A DNA stretch of 64,000 bases. It comes from Octopus vulgaris (lineage: Eukaryota). The notes under the pieces are model-generated. The model searched no databases and was not told the origin of the DNA. It was given only the letters and a program-made list of their open reading frames with translations. The stretch lies in NCBI GenBank assembly GCA_951406725.2, contig OX597818.1, forward strand, positions 93,186,001-93,250,000, written 5' to 3'. The position numbers and the translations under genes are program-made. Position 1 is the stretch's first letter; every line of letters starts with the position of its first letter. Positions 26,390-39,474 of the stretch are shown in pieces.

Positions 26390-26660
26390 AACTTCATTTT
26401 GGATTTAAAATTTGCTAAGTCTTCTTTTCTTACCTTTCATAGATGACTACTTTCTTCCTTTATTTTGAACAAAGAAAATATTTTGAATTTTCCATTTTTA
26501 TAAATGTCTAGACATTCACTACATGTGATATTTCTAAGGGATAACTCTTTAATTTGTTGTTCATACACCCTAATCTGATGTATAAGTTTTGATCTCGTTT
26601 GGCCAATATAATTCTCATTGCCTTGTGAGCATGTGATGCAGTAAATAAGATTTTTGTTTT
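26390..26660 (-). pseudogene. Penelope-like element GIY-YIG endonuclease remnant
   Basis: KNLIYCITCSQGNENYIGQTRSKL...FKIFSLFK: IY-CxxC-YIGQT pattern of PLE endonucleases. Confidence 0.85.
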
Positions 26661-27244
26661 TCCCATAACACGCGCGTTTGAAAAGATTATCCCATAACAG
26701 ATTATCCCCCACAACAGATTACCCCATAACACGTACGCTTGAAAAGCTGTAAACAGCAAAAATACTTGACACAGTATGAAAACTTCCTTCAAAAAGGTTC
26801 GTGTCAAGCTGTGTTTTTAGAATATCTTTTATATAATTAATAATTTTTAATTTAAGAAAATTTAGAAAATCTTTATCAAGAATTTTTTTACCAAAACTTA
26901 CATAAGGCGGGTTTCCGTGCTGTTTCTGTTAAGCATATTTTATTCAGAAGACTTTGACCCAAGGCCATAATAGATGCTTGACCTAGGTACCACAGTAAGA
27001 ATGGACCCGAAACTACATTATTGAGAAACAAATGAGTGTGTGTGTGTGTGTGTGTGTATGTGTGGGCGTGTGTATGTGTGTGTTTATTGGCGTTATAACC
27101 CTCTCAAAGTACATACACAAACACACACACATAAACGCACACACTCACACATACATACACATATACATACATACATACATACATACATACATACATACAT
27201 ACATACATACATACATACTTATATATATATCGTCGCCATGACTG

Positions 27245-27615
27245 ATCGCTAAATCCACAAGTTTTTTAATTCTCTCTGTTTATTTATCATGTTCCTTTCT
27301 ATTGAAGAGCGTAGGCTCGAAACATAAAAGACTTCCTCACTTTCTCGAGCGTCAAACTAATATACCTGTTTGTTGTTTATACACCTGTTTTTGTCTTTAG
27401 TTTTTCTGTAAATTTCAACTATATATATGTATATCGTTAGCTACTACACACATTTTTTCTCTCCTTGTTTTTTTTTTTCTGTGTACCTTTCTGTAGAAGA
27501 GCGTAGGCTCGAAACGTAAAAGACTTTTTCTATTCCTGAGCGCTATACTAATACATCTGTTTGTTTTGTACACCACCTGTCTTCGTCTTTTGTTTTTTTC
27601 GTAAACTTTCCCTAT
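27245..27615 (+). mobile_element. Two tandem family H1 elements, hammerhead-like motifs at 27295-27330 and 27487-27522
   Basis: Second copy reads cttt CTGTAGA A gagc gtag gctc GAAA cg TA aaag. Confidence 0.85.
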
Positions 27616-28249
27616 ATATATCCCTGCATTCATATGCTCCGCCTCCTATTTCTTTCATGGGATACTATCAGAAGCAATAGTCATTATATTTTCTGGAAGT
27701 GTTCCCAAGCGTGACCAGTTGAGACTAAGGACGTTATTCAACCATCTCGTTCTTGGTTTGTCTTTAGGTCTTATATTCTTTCATTTGTTTAAGTCAATGG
27801 ACTGCGGCCGTTCAGGGCCACTGATTTTCGGGACTTCGTCAAAACAAATGAATCCTAGTACTTATTTTTTTAAAATCAAGGACTTTTTGTATTGGACCCT
27901 TTTGCCGAACTATGTGACATGGACGTAACCAAACCGACACCAGATATCAATCGATGTTCGGACAAAGTCACCACACGCACGCGCGCCCACATATCTTTGC
28001 CGGTGTGTATCTATATATGACGGGCTTCTACACAGTTTCTGTCTAGTAAATTCCCTCAGTCGAATGTAATAGCAGAAGACGTTTATCCAAAGTACCGCGT
28101 AATGGGACTGAACCTGAAACCACATAATATATATTTATGTGTATATATACATACAACAAATCTATCTATCTATACATTTATGTATATATGTGTATATGTA
28201 TGCATATGCATACATATACATACATACAGATACACACACACACACCACC

Positions 28250-28282
<33 letters not shown>

Positions 28283-28658
28283 TTATAGAATGAGATAGGG
28301 GTTGAAAATTCAACCCACCATGGGATAATATATATCCAATATACTGCTAGATAGGTACCCAACAAAATTAATACATAGATGTTAAAAATTGTCAAGCAAT
28401 CAGTTCATCTATTGTATTAAATGGGTAAAGGTAATAATATTACCGTAAATTAATACTACAAAATTAGAGAATGGAGAAACATACTTAAATCAGTAAAACA
28501 TCAACTATCCGATGATACTCAATCCATACTTTAATACACCATTACATATGAGTAAAGGCAATATATAAAATGAAATGAGATATACAGTAATAGTAAAAGT
28601 AAAAAGATAAAGAGATATAAGTAAAAAATTTCAAATATAATATGCAAATAAATCAAAA

Positions 28659-28764
28659 CTGACAGCTGTTTCGGCAGTGAGGACAGTCATACCTCATTTA
28701 ACCTATAAGCCATAAAGGCAGGTATAAATGAGGCATTAACAATGATGCCACGGCCTCTTCAGAG
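28659..28764 (-). ncRNA. Type I hammerhead ribozyme motif (left-arm copy, 2-nt deletion in stem II)
   Basis: Reverse complement of 29764-29871. Confidence 0.65.
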
Positions 28765-29103
28765 AATTAAATTAAATTTGTTATAATAGTGAAAAATATT
28801 ATATAATCATATACATATAAATATAAAAATATAAAAATGTAAAATATAAAAACTTATACATCATAATGCTACACTTATATAATATAATACACATTTGTAC
28901 AAAAAGGAAGGTAAACAGAACAAAATAAAACAAAATATATAACAGTGTATATATTAATATTAATAAGTACCGATATTATACATATTTGGCTAATAGTTTT
29001 TTTAAAAAAAAAAGGGCTAACACATATGGAGATGAAAAATAATAATTAAATCCGTGGTACAGTTCATAAAATTCTAAAGCTATAAAAGTTAATAAAAATT
29101 ACT

Positions 29104-29159
<56 letters not shown>

Positions 29160-29365
29160 TAATAAAAATAGATACAGTTAAGTTAGCACCAAGTCCATCC
29201 TTTCAAGATCGAAATAACTATGAGTTAAGAAATGCTGACCACTAGGTAAAGAAAATCTTTACCTTTTCTTTTCTTTACCTAGTGGTCAGCATTTCTTAAC
29301 TCATAGTTATTTCGATCTTGAAAGGATGGACTTGGTGCTAACTTAACTGTATCTATTTTTTATTA

Positions 29366-29423
<58 letters not shown>

Positions 29424-29763
29424 AGTAATTTTTATTAACTTTTATAGCTTTAGAATTTTATGAACTGTACCACGGATTTAATTATTATTTTTCATCTCCA
29501 TATGTGTTAGCCCTTTTTTTTATAAAAAAAACTATTAGCCAAATATGTATAATATCGGTACTTATTAATATTAATATATACACTGTTATATATTTTGTTT
29601 TATTTTGTTCTGTTTACCTTCCTTTTTGTACAAATGTGTATTATATTATATAAGTGTAGCATTATGATGTATAAGTTTTTATATTTTACATTTTTATATT
29701 TTTATATTTATATGTATATGATTATATAATATTTTTCACTATTATAACAAATTTAATTTAATT

Positions 29764-29871
29764 CTCTGAAGAGGCCGTGGGGCATCATTGTTAATGCCTC
29801 ATTTATACCTGCCTTTATGGCTTATAGGTTAAATGAGGTATGACTGTCCTCACTGCCGAAACAGCTGTCAG
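29764..29871 (+). ncRNA. Type I hammerhead ribozyme motif with extended stem II
   Basis: CTGAAGA (29766-29772), stem II GGCcGTGGGG...CCTCACtGCC, GAAA (29858-29861), palindromic stem III ACAGCTGT, GTC cleavage triplet ending 29869; stem I is weak. Confidence 0.7.
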
Positions 29872-30073
29872 TTTTGATTTATTTGCATATTATATTTGAA
29901 ATTTTTTACTTATATCTCTTTATCTTTTTACTTTTACTATTACTGTATATCTCATTTCATTTTATATATTGCCTTTACTCATATGTAATGGTGTATTAAA
30001 GTATGGATTGAGTATCATCGGATAGTTGATGTTTTACTGATTTAAGTATGTTTCTCCATTCTCTAATTTTGTA

Positions 30074-30129
<56 letters not shown>

Positions 30130-30150
30130 GTATGAATGAATGTATGTATT

Positions 30151-30194
<44 letters not shown>

Positions 30195-30475
30195 AAAGCT
30201 ATGAGGAAAGGGCAGTAACCCAGGACCTTTACAGGCCCACCGAGAGTCGTGAGATTGATACGGTTTATGTTCAGTTCCAACATCTGTAAATCGACGTCTG
30301 CAGGGAAATCGTGGGTGTGGGAGGGAATTCCCATGGGCTGGAGCTCCCAGAAGAAAGGATTGGTTAATATGGAGTACAACGGAGGAAATACAATAAGTTG
30401 ATGAGAGGAGGGGATGACGGGTATGTCGGGTGGAGTGCAACTAGTGTTTGTGTATTTTAAACGCGTACACATGCA

Positions 30476-31959
30476 TCTCTTATTATAAAAGGCAGATTTT
30501 ATCTGCCTCCCTTTGGGAGTTATACAAATCTACAATATAGGATTTCTTCAATTACAATTTACCTGGCATTTTTAACAGTACAATGCATCGCGTCATACCA
30601 GGTCCAGTTTTTAAAATTTAAACTCCAATTAAGCAAAATTTACAGAAAACTCACATTCTGGTGTGTGTGTCAAATGCTTTTCTTAGTCTGGTTTACACCA
30701 CACGCAAACGCACACACACAGTGGGCAAGGAATAAAATGAAAGTAATTCACTTACTGTAGTGAGTGATTCTTTCACTCTGCTTGCCACTTCCTCTTTACA
30801 CACATAGAAAAAACTTTTATTTTTTTACATAAGTAATGAGAGCGAAAGAGACTAAGAGAAAGCGATTGTATGACGAGGGAAGTTCCTTTCAAGTTACCGT
30901 GCATGGGACTCATTGATGTACATGTGTGTGTGTGTGTGTGTTTGATGGAGTGTGGGAGACAGACAGTATGTTGTGTAAGTGAAGTGCTTCTGTTAGTGTG
31001 TGTGAAGAGACAGAGAGAGTAATGTGTGAAAGAGAGAGATAACTGAAATTTTTTACTCGGTTTATGTGTATATGTATGTATGCATGTATGTGTGTGTGTG
31101 TGTGTGTGTGTATGTATTTATATATAAAAGAAAGGTTGTGTGTCTGTCTACTCCGATTTAGATTCCTAACTACTCCACATTTTGCGATGCAGTTTAACCA
31201 AAACCGGGTATCTTATAGTCGTGATTCATATCGAGCCCTTCTGGGTATTAGCGCGCGTCTACGATGAGTCTATGATTTTACAAATAATTTACCATCATTT
31301 TTTTCCATTTTAATGCATATTTTTTAAAATAAACGGAAGTAACTCTCAAACTTCACACCAATATGCGTGCTCATATGCGACGTAATATCACATCACCAGC
31401 ATTTCCTCACACTCTCCTTGCACTTGGCGAAGGCAAAATACCAGGGGATGAAAATGGTAATATTGCCATCGATTCCATTTGTACCATTGTTAAGACGCCT
31501 TCTGATCTCAGAGATGCAGTGTTCCCAGATTTACAAGCTAATTATCAGAATATGGATTGGATTGGCAAAAAGGCTATACTGGCCCCGAGGAATAAAACTG
31601 TTCACCATATTAATGATGAAATGCTAAAACTCATTCCTGGGGAAGTCGATGTATATCAGTCTATCGATACAACTCCTGACCCAGAGGACGTCATCAACTA
31701 TCCAATAGAGGTACTCAATTCCTTTGAGCACCCCGGACTACCACCACACTTTCTCAAACTTAAAGTTAGTGCCCCTATAATGCTCATCAGAAATTTGGTT
31801 CCCCCAAAACAATGCAATGGCACACGTTTGGCGTTAAGTCCTTATCTCCCACCGTAAGCTTATTTCAATATTTGCCTGAATAATCATCATAATTCAGTGC
31901 AATCATTAACAGTACTTTCAAGCAATTCAGCCCCGAGCAACGCCGGGCAATTCTGCTAG
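30476..31959 (+). mobile_element. Internally deleted Helitron
   Basis: a|TCtcttattataaaa 5' end; 3' hairpin cccgagcaacgccggg followed by CTAG|t; carries a helicase fragment. Confidence 0.85.
31363..31857 (+). pseudogene. Helitron RepHel PIF1-like (SF1B) helicase fragment
   Basis: NMRAH...LLALGEG...KAILAPRNKTVHHIN...YPIEVLNS...GLPPHFLKLKVSAPIMLIRNL...CNGTRL. Confidence 0.9.
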
Positions 31960-32607
31960 TATATAATATAAAGAGAATGAAGAAAAAAGACTCACACGTA
32001 TGCATCTTAGATATGTGTGTGTATATTATATATACATATATACCCGTATATATACATACATATTGGCAGGGTGTGGCTGTGGCAAGCGGTTTGCTTCCCA
32101 TTTAAGTCCCATTTAAGAATGTTTTTTAGTGAAGTATGCTCACTTAAAGAATTTAGTAGAAACTAAAAGAAGCTCGAGTGAGTGAGAGTGTGTGTGTGTG
32201 TGGGGGTTTTTCTCCACCACCGCTTGACAACCGGTGTTGCTTTGTTTACGTTCCCCGTAATGTAGCGGTTCGCCCCCCACCAAAAAAAAAAAAATAATAA
32301 TAAATAACGACCGAGGGAATAAGTACCAGGCTTTTAAAAAAAATAATTACTGGGATCGATTTATCTGACTAAACCCTTCAAGATAAAAGAAGTGTGTGTG
32401 TGTGTGTGTTTTAGCTGTCTGGTTAGATGCACCAACGCTTTTTGCAGTCCTGTTGTGAGACAGGCTATCTATATACATTATGCAGTTTGAGCAGTTATCG
32501 GTATATTGTTTCCTTGCCAGTGGTCAATGTTGCTGCTACGGACAGTGATGGTGATGATGTGTGTGTTGAATTGATGATGTGACTGTCTGTGCGCCTCTGT
32601 GTGTGTG

Positions 32608-32656
<49 letters not shown>

Positions 32657-33079
32657 GTGTGAGTGTGTGTGTGTGTGCGTGCTAAGGCTGGGTGATCTAA
32701 GCATTGCAAGTGTAATATTATCATCATTACTAAGGCGAGGAACGGGCAGAATCGTTAGCACGCCGGACGAAATGCTTGACAGCATTTCGTCCGGCGTGTA
32801 TTTATAGCTTTCCATCGACTTAACTTTCTGTCTATCTAACGAAGGAATAGGAGAGAAAAGAACGAAGAAGAAGAAAAAAAAAAAAGTCTGACTTCTCAGT
32901 GAATTTAAAAGCATAGGAGGACACACCCGAGCTGGGAGCTGGCATCAGGTCTCGTGTTACGTCAAGGGATAGGGAGTGATGGAGTTTGGGTGAAAAGGAG
33001 CCAGTCGGTGGTTGTAACTGAGAATGGGGGAGAGAGAGAGAGAGAGAGAGAGAGTTGCAAAACTTATAGACTAATACAC

Positions 33080-33115
<36 letters not shown>

Positions 33116-33361
33116 CATACACATTTCATATACTCACACACAAACACACACATATATATATATATACATGTGCATATGTATATGCATATATGTATACATA
33201 TAGAGGAGGGAGTGTGTGGAGGGGTGTAACTCTATCCCTGTCACTCCCCTCCCTCCTCTTCCAACTCTTTCTCTCTATGTGTGTCCGACACTCGTCCCTC
33301 TCACCCTTCCTTGCATCTTCTCCTTCTCCTTCTCCCTGGCAACTCCTTTTCTTTCTCCCAG

Positions 33362-33367
33362 TCAGTC
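33362..33367 (+). promoter_or_regulatory. Possible initiator (TCAGTC) of the SH3 gene
   Basis: TCAGTY-type Inr in CpG-containing unique sequence about 1 kb upstream of the ATG; motif match only. Confidence 0.2.
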
Positions 33368-34389
33368 GCTCGCTTGCATTTCATATTTCATCTACTCTCA
33401 CCACTGCCCCCTCTGCTCTGTGTCCCGTTAGTCTTTCGCCTCTCAGCACAGCTGAGCGCTGTTTCTGAGATCGAGACGTGGTAAAAGTTACTACGTCTTT
33501 TTCTTTTTACTATTTCACACACTCACATACAACGGCATACACGTACACAAATATATACACATATTACCCGTACACATACACACACACCCGTACACATACA
33601 CACACATACACAGACGTATATTCGCTTCTGTTCTCTCGCTCTCACGAATTCGACCACATTTCAGATATTAGTTATTCAACAGTGCTGACAAAACAGATCA
33701 CCAACATTTCATTAACACCACTTTATTAATAATATCTACATATTTCACTTCGACAACAACATCATCGCTGTCGTCATCGTCTGTCAGCAAAATACACGCA
33801 TTATAAATACACTGAGTGGGGCATACGAAACACGTTGTCATCTCACAACAAGTTACAATAACGACAATATTAATAACAGCCGCAATATATTTCAAGTTAA
33901 GTTCACCGTTCTTTTGAAAACGCGTAATCCGATTACATTTATTAGATATACACAGACACATTTATACTTCCACACACACACATACACACAACTCTTGCAT
34001 TCAGTCCTATACCCATCGTTAATAAGGTATCTTTATAAAGGGTGGCATAATCTTTTTTTTTTTTTTTTTGCAGTGTCAACCTCTCTTTCCGTCTTTGATA
34101 ACAGACAGGACACGCGAAAACCCCTTTCTCTCTCTCTCTACCCTGTCATACACACAGGACATTACAAATGACCGTGTCGTCGCGGTATATTTATCCCCTA
34201 TAACCATGTAATTTCTAAACAGGGGTATACTAACGTATAAGAAAAAATATATATATACAATGTATGCTCCGTTGTGATTATTCTAGCTCGTTAACGATAT
34301 TGTCAGACAGCCGAAATTCTAAATGTATATATGTTAGAGTGTGTATATTTTTGTGTGTATGTATGTATGTAAAAAGCTAGAGTAGTGAG

Positions 34390-34593
34390 ATGGAAGTTTA
34401 TGAAGCTATTGCGGATTTTACCCCGGATATAAACGACGCTTTAAGAAATGTCCTGACATTCTATGCTGGTGACAAGTTTGTACCTGTCACCTGTTCTGGT
34501 GAGGACTATGCCAGTTTGGCCGATGGACAGTGGGTCGGTGCCAGGGCACTGAAGGACAACCAAATTGGATATATACCAACCTCTTATATTCAG
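34390..34593 (+). CDS. Probable first coding exon of a protein with an N-terminal SH3 domain (68 codons, phase-0 donor)
   Basis: MEVYEAIADF...VLTFYAGDKF...GQWVGA...NQIGYIPTSYIQ fits the SH3 ALYDF / LSF.GD / W / G.IP..Y pattern; in-frame TAG at 34378-34380 upstream; CAG|GTAAGT donor; candidate upstream acceptor poly-T-GCAG ending 34073. Confidence 0.88.
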
Positions 34594-35929
34594 GTAAGTT
34601 GACACACAGTTTTATCGTTACCAGCAGTGTATTTAACTCTCTTTTTGTATACACACACATATTTATCTAAGCCACTGTAACATATGTATGTATTTGCTAT
34701 TAGTAAGCCTATATAATCTGTTCATGTGGGTATATGTATATACATACATATACACACAAATGTATGTATATAATCATCTGTTTATGTATGTCCGTGTATT
34801 CATACATATGTGTGTGAGTGACATTGACATTTAGCAGATTCTTGTTTTTTTGTTTTTTTTTTATCTCCAGCGATGAGTGCTTCCCGAAACGTTAATGTTT
34901 TTCGTTCTGTATGCGCAGTAGAAAATCTATTCCAGTTTGATTTATCTTAGATTACTTTTTGCCAACCCAGAACATCATTCCACGGAGCATGCATGCACGT
35001 ACGTATGTTTGTTCTGTGTGTGTGTGTGTGAGGTGAGAGAGAGAGAGAGAACGTGTGTAAAGCTGTAAAACTTTGCGTCTGGAGGTCCCAGAATTTTGTG
35101 CAAGTTTTGTGTCTATCGCGAAATCCTATGTCAATATCTCACTTATGTAACTTCACATTTTATATATATATAGTTTACTGTTCCGTTATATATAGGATCA
35201 CGAAAAATATAATCCATTCAATAAGAGACATTATTTAATATAAACAATATTTAAATACGAACTACAAAGTGTCATGCCGTGGAAACAATAGTTCAGCAGA
35301 TTTATATAACGTGCATTGTGTCTATGGATGTATATTTTATGTATACACACACACAAACACACACATATGGGTGTATGCTTTCTGCACATACACGGCTGTG
35401 TGTTTTGTGCACAGATACATACACGTGTGTGTATGTATGTTTGCATGTGTTTCACTCTCTCTCTCTCTCTTTCCCCACCCCCTCTCTGTATACACGCACA
35501 TGTACACACACATGGGTGTGTGTGTGTGTGTATACATATAGGTATATATATTCGTATGTATAGGGAACATTCGGCATGTATTACAAGTAAACGCGTTTTG
35601 TGAGTGTACGCTCCTATGTATGCGTATGTGTAACATATATATATATACATACACACACACACACATGTATGCACGTATGTTATTGTGAACGTTCGAATAT
35701 GTGTGTATGTATACAGATAGATAGATAGATATAGGTGTACATATGTATATATGCTGACGTTTTTTACATGCACTATTAGTACATGTAACAGTATATTGAT
35801 AAGTGCTTAGTAAAAACAAATCATTACTTTAGTGCGTGTATACATGTGTGTGTGTATCTCTGCGTGTGTATAATTTGTGTGTAACTGCGAAACATCGATA
35901 AATTTCACATGCTTTATCTGCAAATATTG

Positions 35930-35980
<51 letters not shown>

Positions 35981-37380
35981 ACACATACATACACACACAC
36001 ATACATATGGAAAAGTGTATAGCTATTAATATTGCGCTCTCTCACTCTTTACGTTTCTCTCTCACTCTCCATTTCTCTTTTTTTATCTATTTATCTATCT
36101 AATATTTTTCTTTGTATCCATTTGATGGTCAGACAATCGTTTCTCTAGTTGTGTATATATACGACTATATATATACATACACACACCACACACACACATA
36201 CATACAAACACTGTTTGTGTGCATACATACTTTGTTTTATAGATAGACAGATATTCCAAGGTTCGGGGAATCCGACCGATTTGTGTATTCCTTTATTCTT
36301 TTATTTAACTGGTTTCTGCCATTGGACTGCAGCCATGCTGGGACACCCGCTGCTTCAAGGGTTTAGTCGATCGTATCGATTGCAGTATTTATTTCCGATC
36401 GATATTTAACCTATTGATTTCTATCTGTCAAACTGCTAATTTATGGGACATAAAGGAACACTGCACAAAGAAGAACTAGTTTCTACAACCGTAGACATAA
36501 ACTCACACACAGGCACACAACCATTTAAATACATGCACCGAACTCGGAACCACATGTTTACAAGCCAATCTTCTTAACCACACTGCTCTTTCATGTATGT
36601 ATGTACGTATGTATACGTGTATGGGCGCGCGTCCATCTTTATGTGTTTGCTTGAGTGTATTATGCATGTGTAATATATATATATTTATATATTTATATAT
36701 AAAATACAAAATGGGACAAGAATGCAAAACATCCGGACAACTAAGTGATACAAAAAGGAACAACAAAACATCCAGATAGACGATACAAAAAAAACAAGGA
36801 CGGGTCATTCGAAGCTTTCTATCCTCAGTCAAGAACCGGATCATCCTCGCAATTTCGGCTGATTAATCTTATATATATATATATATATGATGTGTCTTCG
36901 TGGGTGTATATGTATAAATGTGTGTATATGCATGTATTTATGTATGTATATGTTAGAATGTAAGTATATGCATGTATTTGCATGCATGTGTGTGTATGCT
37001 AATATATGTATATTAGCGGTATGTATATCTTCAATAGTATTACATACTATTGAAAGCCACTTAAACTGCGGTATCCGTCTCGAGAAAGCATCTCTATATT
37101 AGTTACATCCTCGACGAGTCACTTCACTTATCTACAACGGTTATATTCACCTTTCTTTTATATCTTAATAGGTCTGTCTCTTCAGAAATAAACGAAAACA
37201 GTATTCTTCAACTTGTAAAATTACTCGAGCAGTAAGATGTAAATAAAGACAGTTTCTTAAATCAAATCACTTGTTAAAAAAAACTCTGAATATATAATAT
37301 GTATAGTTGTTGTATCCTATATCCAACGACTATTGAAGAGGTTGTAAGAAGCAACGAAAATTTTAGGAAAAAAATAATAT

Positions 37381-37862
37381 AGGCGCAGGAGTGGGTATGT
37401 GGTAAGTAGCTTGCTTACAAACCACATGATTCCGGGTCTTTGGACAGGTGTCTTCTACTATATCCTCGGGCCGACCAAAGCCCTGTGAGTGGATCTGGTA
37501 GACTGAAACTGAAAGAAGCCCGTCGTGTGTATATATATCGCTAGCCACTCCACATTCTTTATTTTCTCTCCTTGTTTCTTTCTGTGGAAGAGCGTAGGCT
37601 CGAAACGTTAGAGACTTTTTCACTTCCCGAGCGTTAAACTAATACATCTATTTGTTGTCTACACCACCTGTCTTCGCCTTTTTTCTCCCTATATATATGT
37701 GTGTGTGTTTGTGTGTCCGTGATTGTCCCCCCAACATCGCTTGACAACCGATACTGGTGTGTTTACGTCCCCGTAACTTAGCGGTTCAGCAAAAGAAGTC
37801 GATAGAATAAGTACTAGGCTTACAGAGAATAAGTCCTGGGGGTCGATTTTCTTGACTAAAGG
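37381..37862 (+). mobile_element. SINE family A with a family H1 element (37538-37690) nested in its internal TA tract
   Basis: Family A halves flank the H1 copy; hammerhead-like motif at 37578-37613. Confidence 0.85.
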
Positions 37863-38007
37863 TAATGTCCTGTACCCGTATATGCATGTATATATACATA
37901 TATATGTAGGTATGCACATATATGTATGTATATATTTATATATTATTTATATTATATATATATATATATTTATATATTATTTATATTATATATATATATA
38001 TATATAT

Positions 38008-38160
38008 AGTTGAAATTTATAGAAAAACAAATGACGAAAACAGGTGTATGAACAACAAGCAGGTATATTAGTTTGACGCTCGGGAAAATGAAAGAGTCTT
38101 TACGTTTCGAGCCTACGCTCTCCAGCAGAGAGTAATGAGAAAATAAACAGAGAATGACAA
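38008..38160 (-). mobile_element. Family H1 element (motif about 38098-38132)
   Basis: tacgtttcgagcctacgctc; sits next to a TA tract. Confidence 0.75.
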
Positions 38161-39414
38161 ATAATAAAAAAACAAAAAACTCGGAGATTTAGCTGTACGT
38201 GCACAATGAATTTCTTTCAGTCACCGTCTACCAAATCTATTCACAAGGATTTGCTAAATCAATGTGTCACACAGTATGACTGAACTCCGGAACCACGTGG
38301 TTGGGAAGCAAGCTTCGTACCACGCAGCCACGCTTGCGCCTTGTGTGTGTGTGTGTGTGTGGTAAGAAGTTTGCTTCCCATTTACAGTCTTACGGCATGG
38401 TATCTTCAGCAAGTCTCTTCGACTATAGCTCCGGACCGACAAAAGCCTTGTGAGTGGATTTGGTTGGCGGAAATTAACAAAAAAGAAAAGGAAAGAAAAG
38501 GAAAGAAAAAAAATGCATGCATGTATGTATGTATGTATGTATATGTGACTGTTTGTGTTCCTCCCCCACTACAGGTGTTGATTTATGTCCACGTAAACTA
38601 GCAGTTCGGTAAAAGAGATCGATATAATATGTCCCATGGTCGAGCTTTTTGACTTAAACCTTTTATGACAGTGTCTCAGTTCCAAATGTGAATTTGTCTG
38701 TGTTAACTATATCCCAAAGATGGAGCCTTATATCTTTGTTGGAAACCGGAAAATTTATAATAATTAAAAAATAGAAGAGACATACATACATACATACATA
38801 CATACGTGTGTGTGTGTGTGTATGATAACCGAAGTCGGGTCGCCTACACGTAACACCCGGTGACTCCAGGATACCGGATTGATGGTGTACCCAAATATTG
38901 AATCTACAGATGTATGTAGAGCTATATCTAACACACACACGCACACACACACACACATACATACATACATACATACACACTCAATAACAGCTAGCTTTAA
39001 CGAAATTTCGAAGTCACTGTTATATTTTCAAAAATATTTATCTCTAAACCATCTATTGAGTTCTTCGTTCAGTTAATGTTTCTCTCTTTCTCCCCCTCTC
39101 CCTCTTTGTCTCTCTCTCCTTCTTTCTCTCTCTCCTTCTCTCTCTCTCTCTCTGAATCACCACACATTATATGTGGTTATCTCCGTGTGTGTGTAATACT
39201 TTTTGAGTGTAAAAAAGAAATTGCCAGAAAATAATAGGCTTCGTCATTTTGAATGCATTAACCATTATACATACACGATTCGCGCGCGTGTATGTGCTGT
39301 AGTAGTTGTAGTAGATCTTTGTGTTGATATATATCTGAATGCATCATAGAAAATATATATATGTACCGACATAAAAAATAACATAAATACACGTTCTTCA
39401 TATACTAAACAGAC

Positions 39415-39474
<60 letters not shown>

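Larger units (their letters stand above)
28281..30077. mobile_element. Penelope-like element forming a 1.6-kb palindrome (arms 28453-29255 / 29269-30077)
   Basis: About 800-bp nearly identical arms with a 13-nt spacer; one hammerhead motif per arm; right arm 3'-truncated; LPSGQHFLTHS near the centre resembles a GIY-YIG C-terminus. Confidence 0.9.

Noticed and set aside
31363-31857. Host PIF1 helicase gene
   Set aside because: Intronless fragment within Helitron termini, lacking the Walker motifs and frameshifted after CNGTRL.
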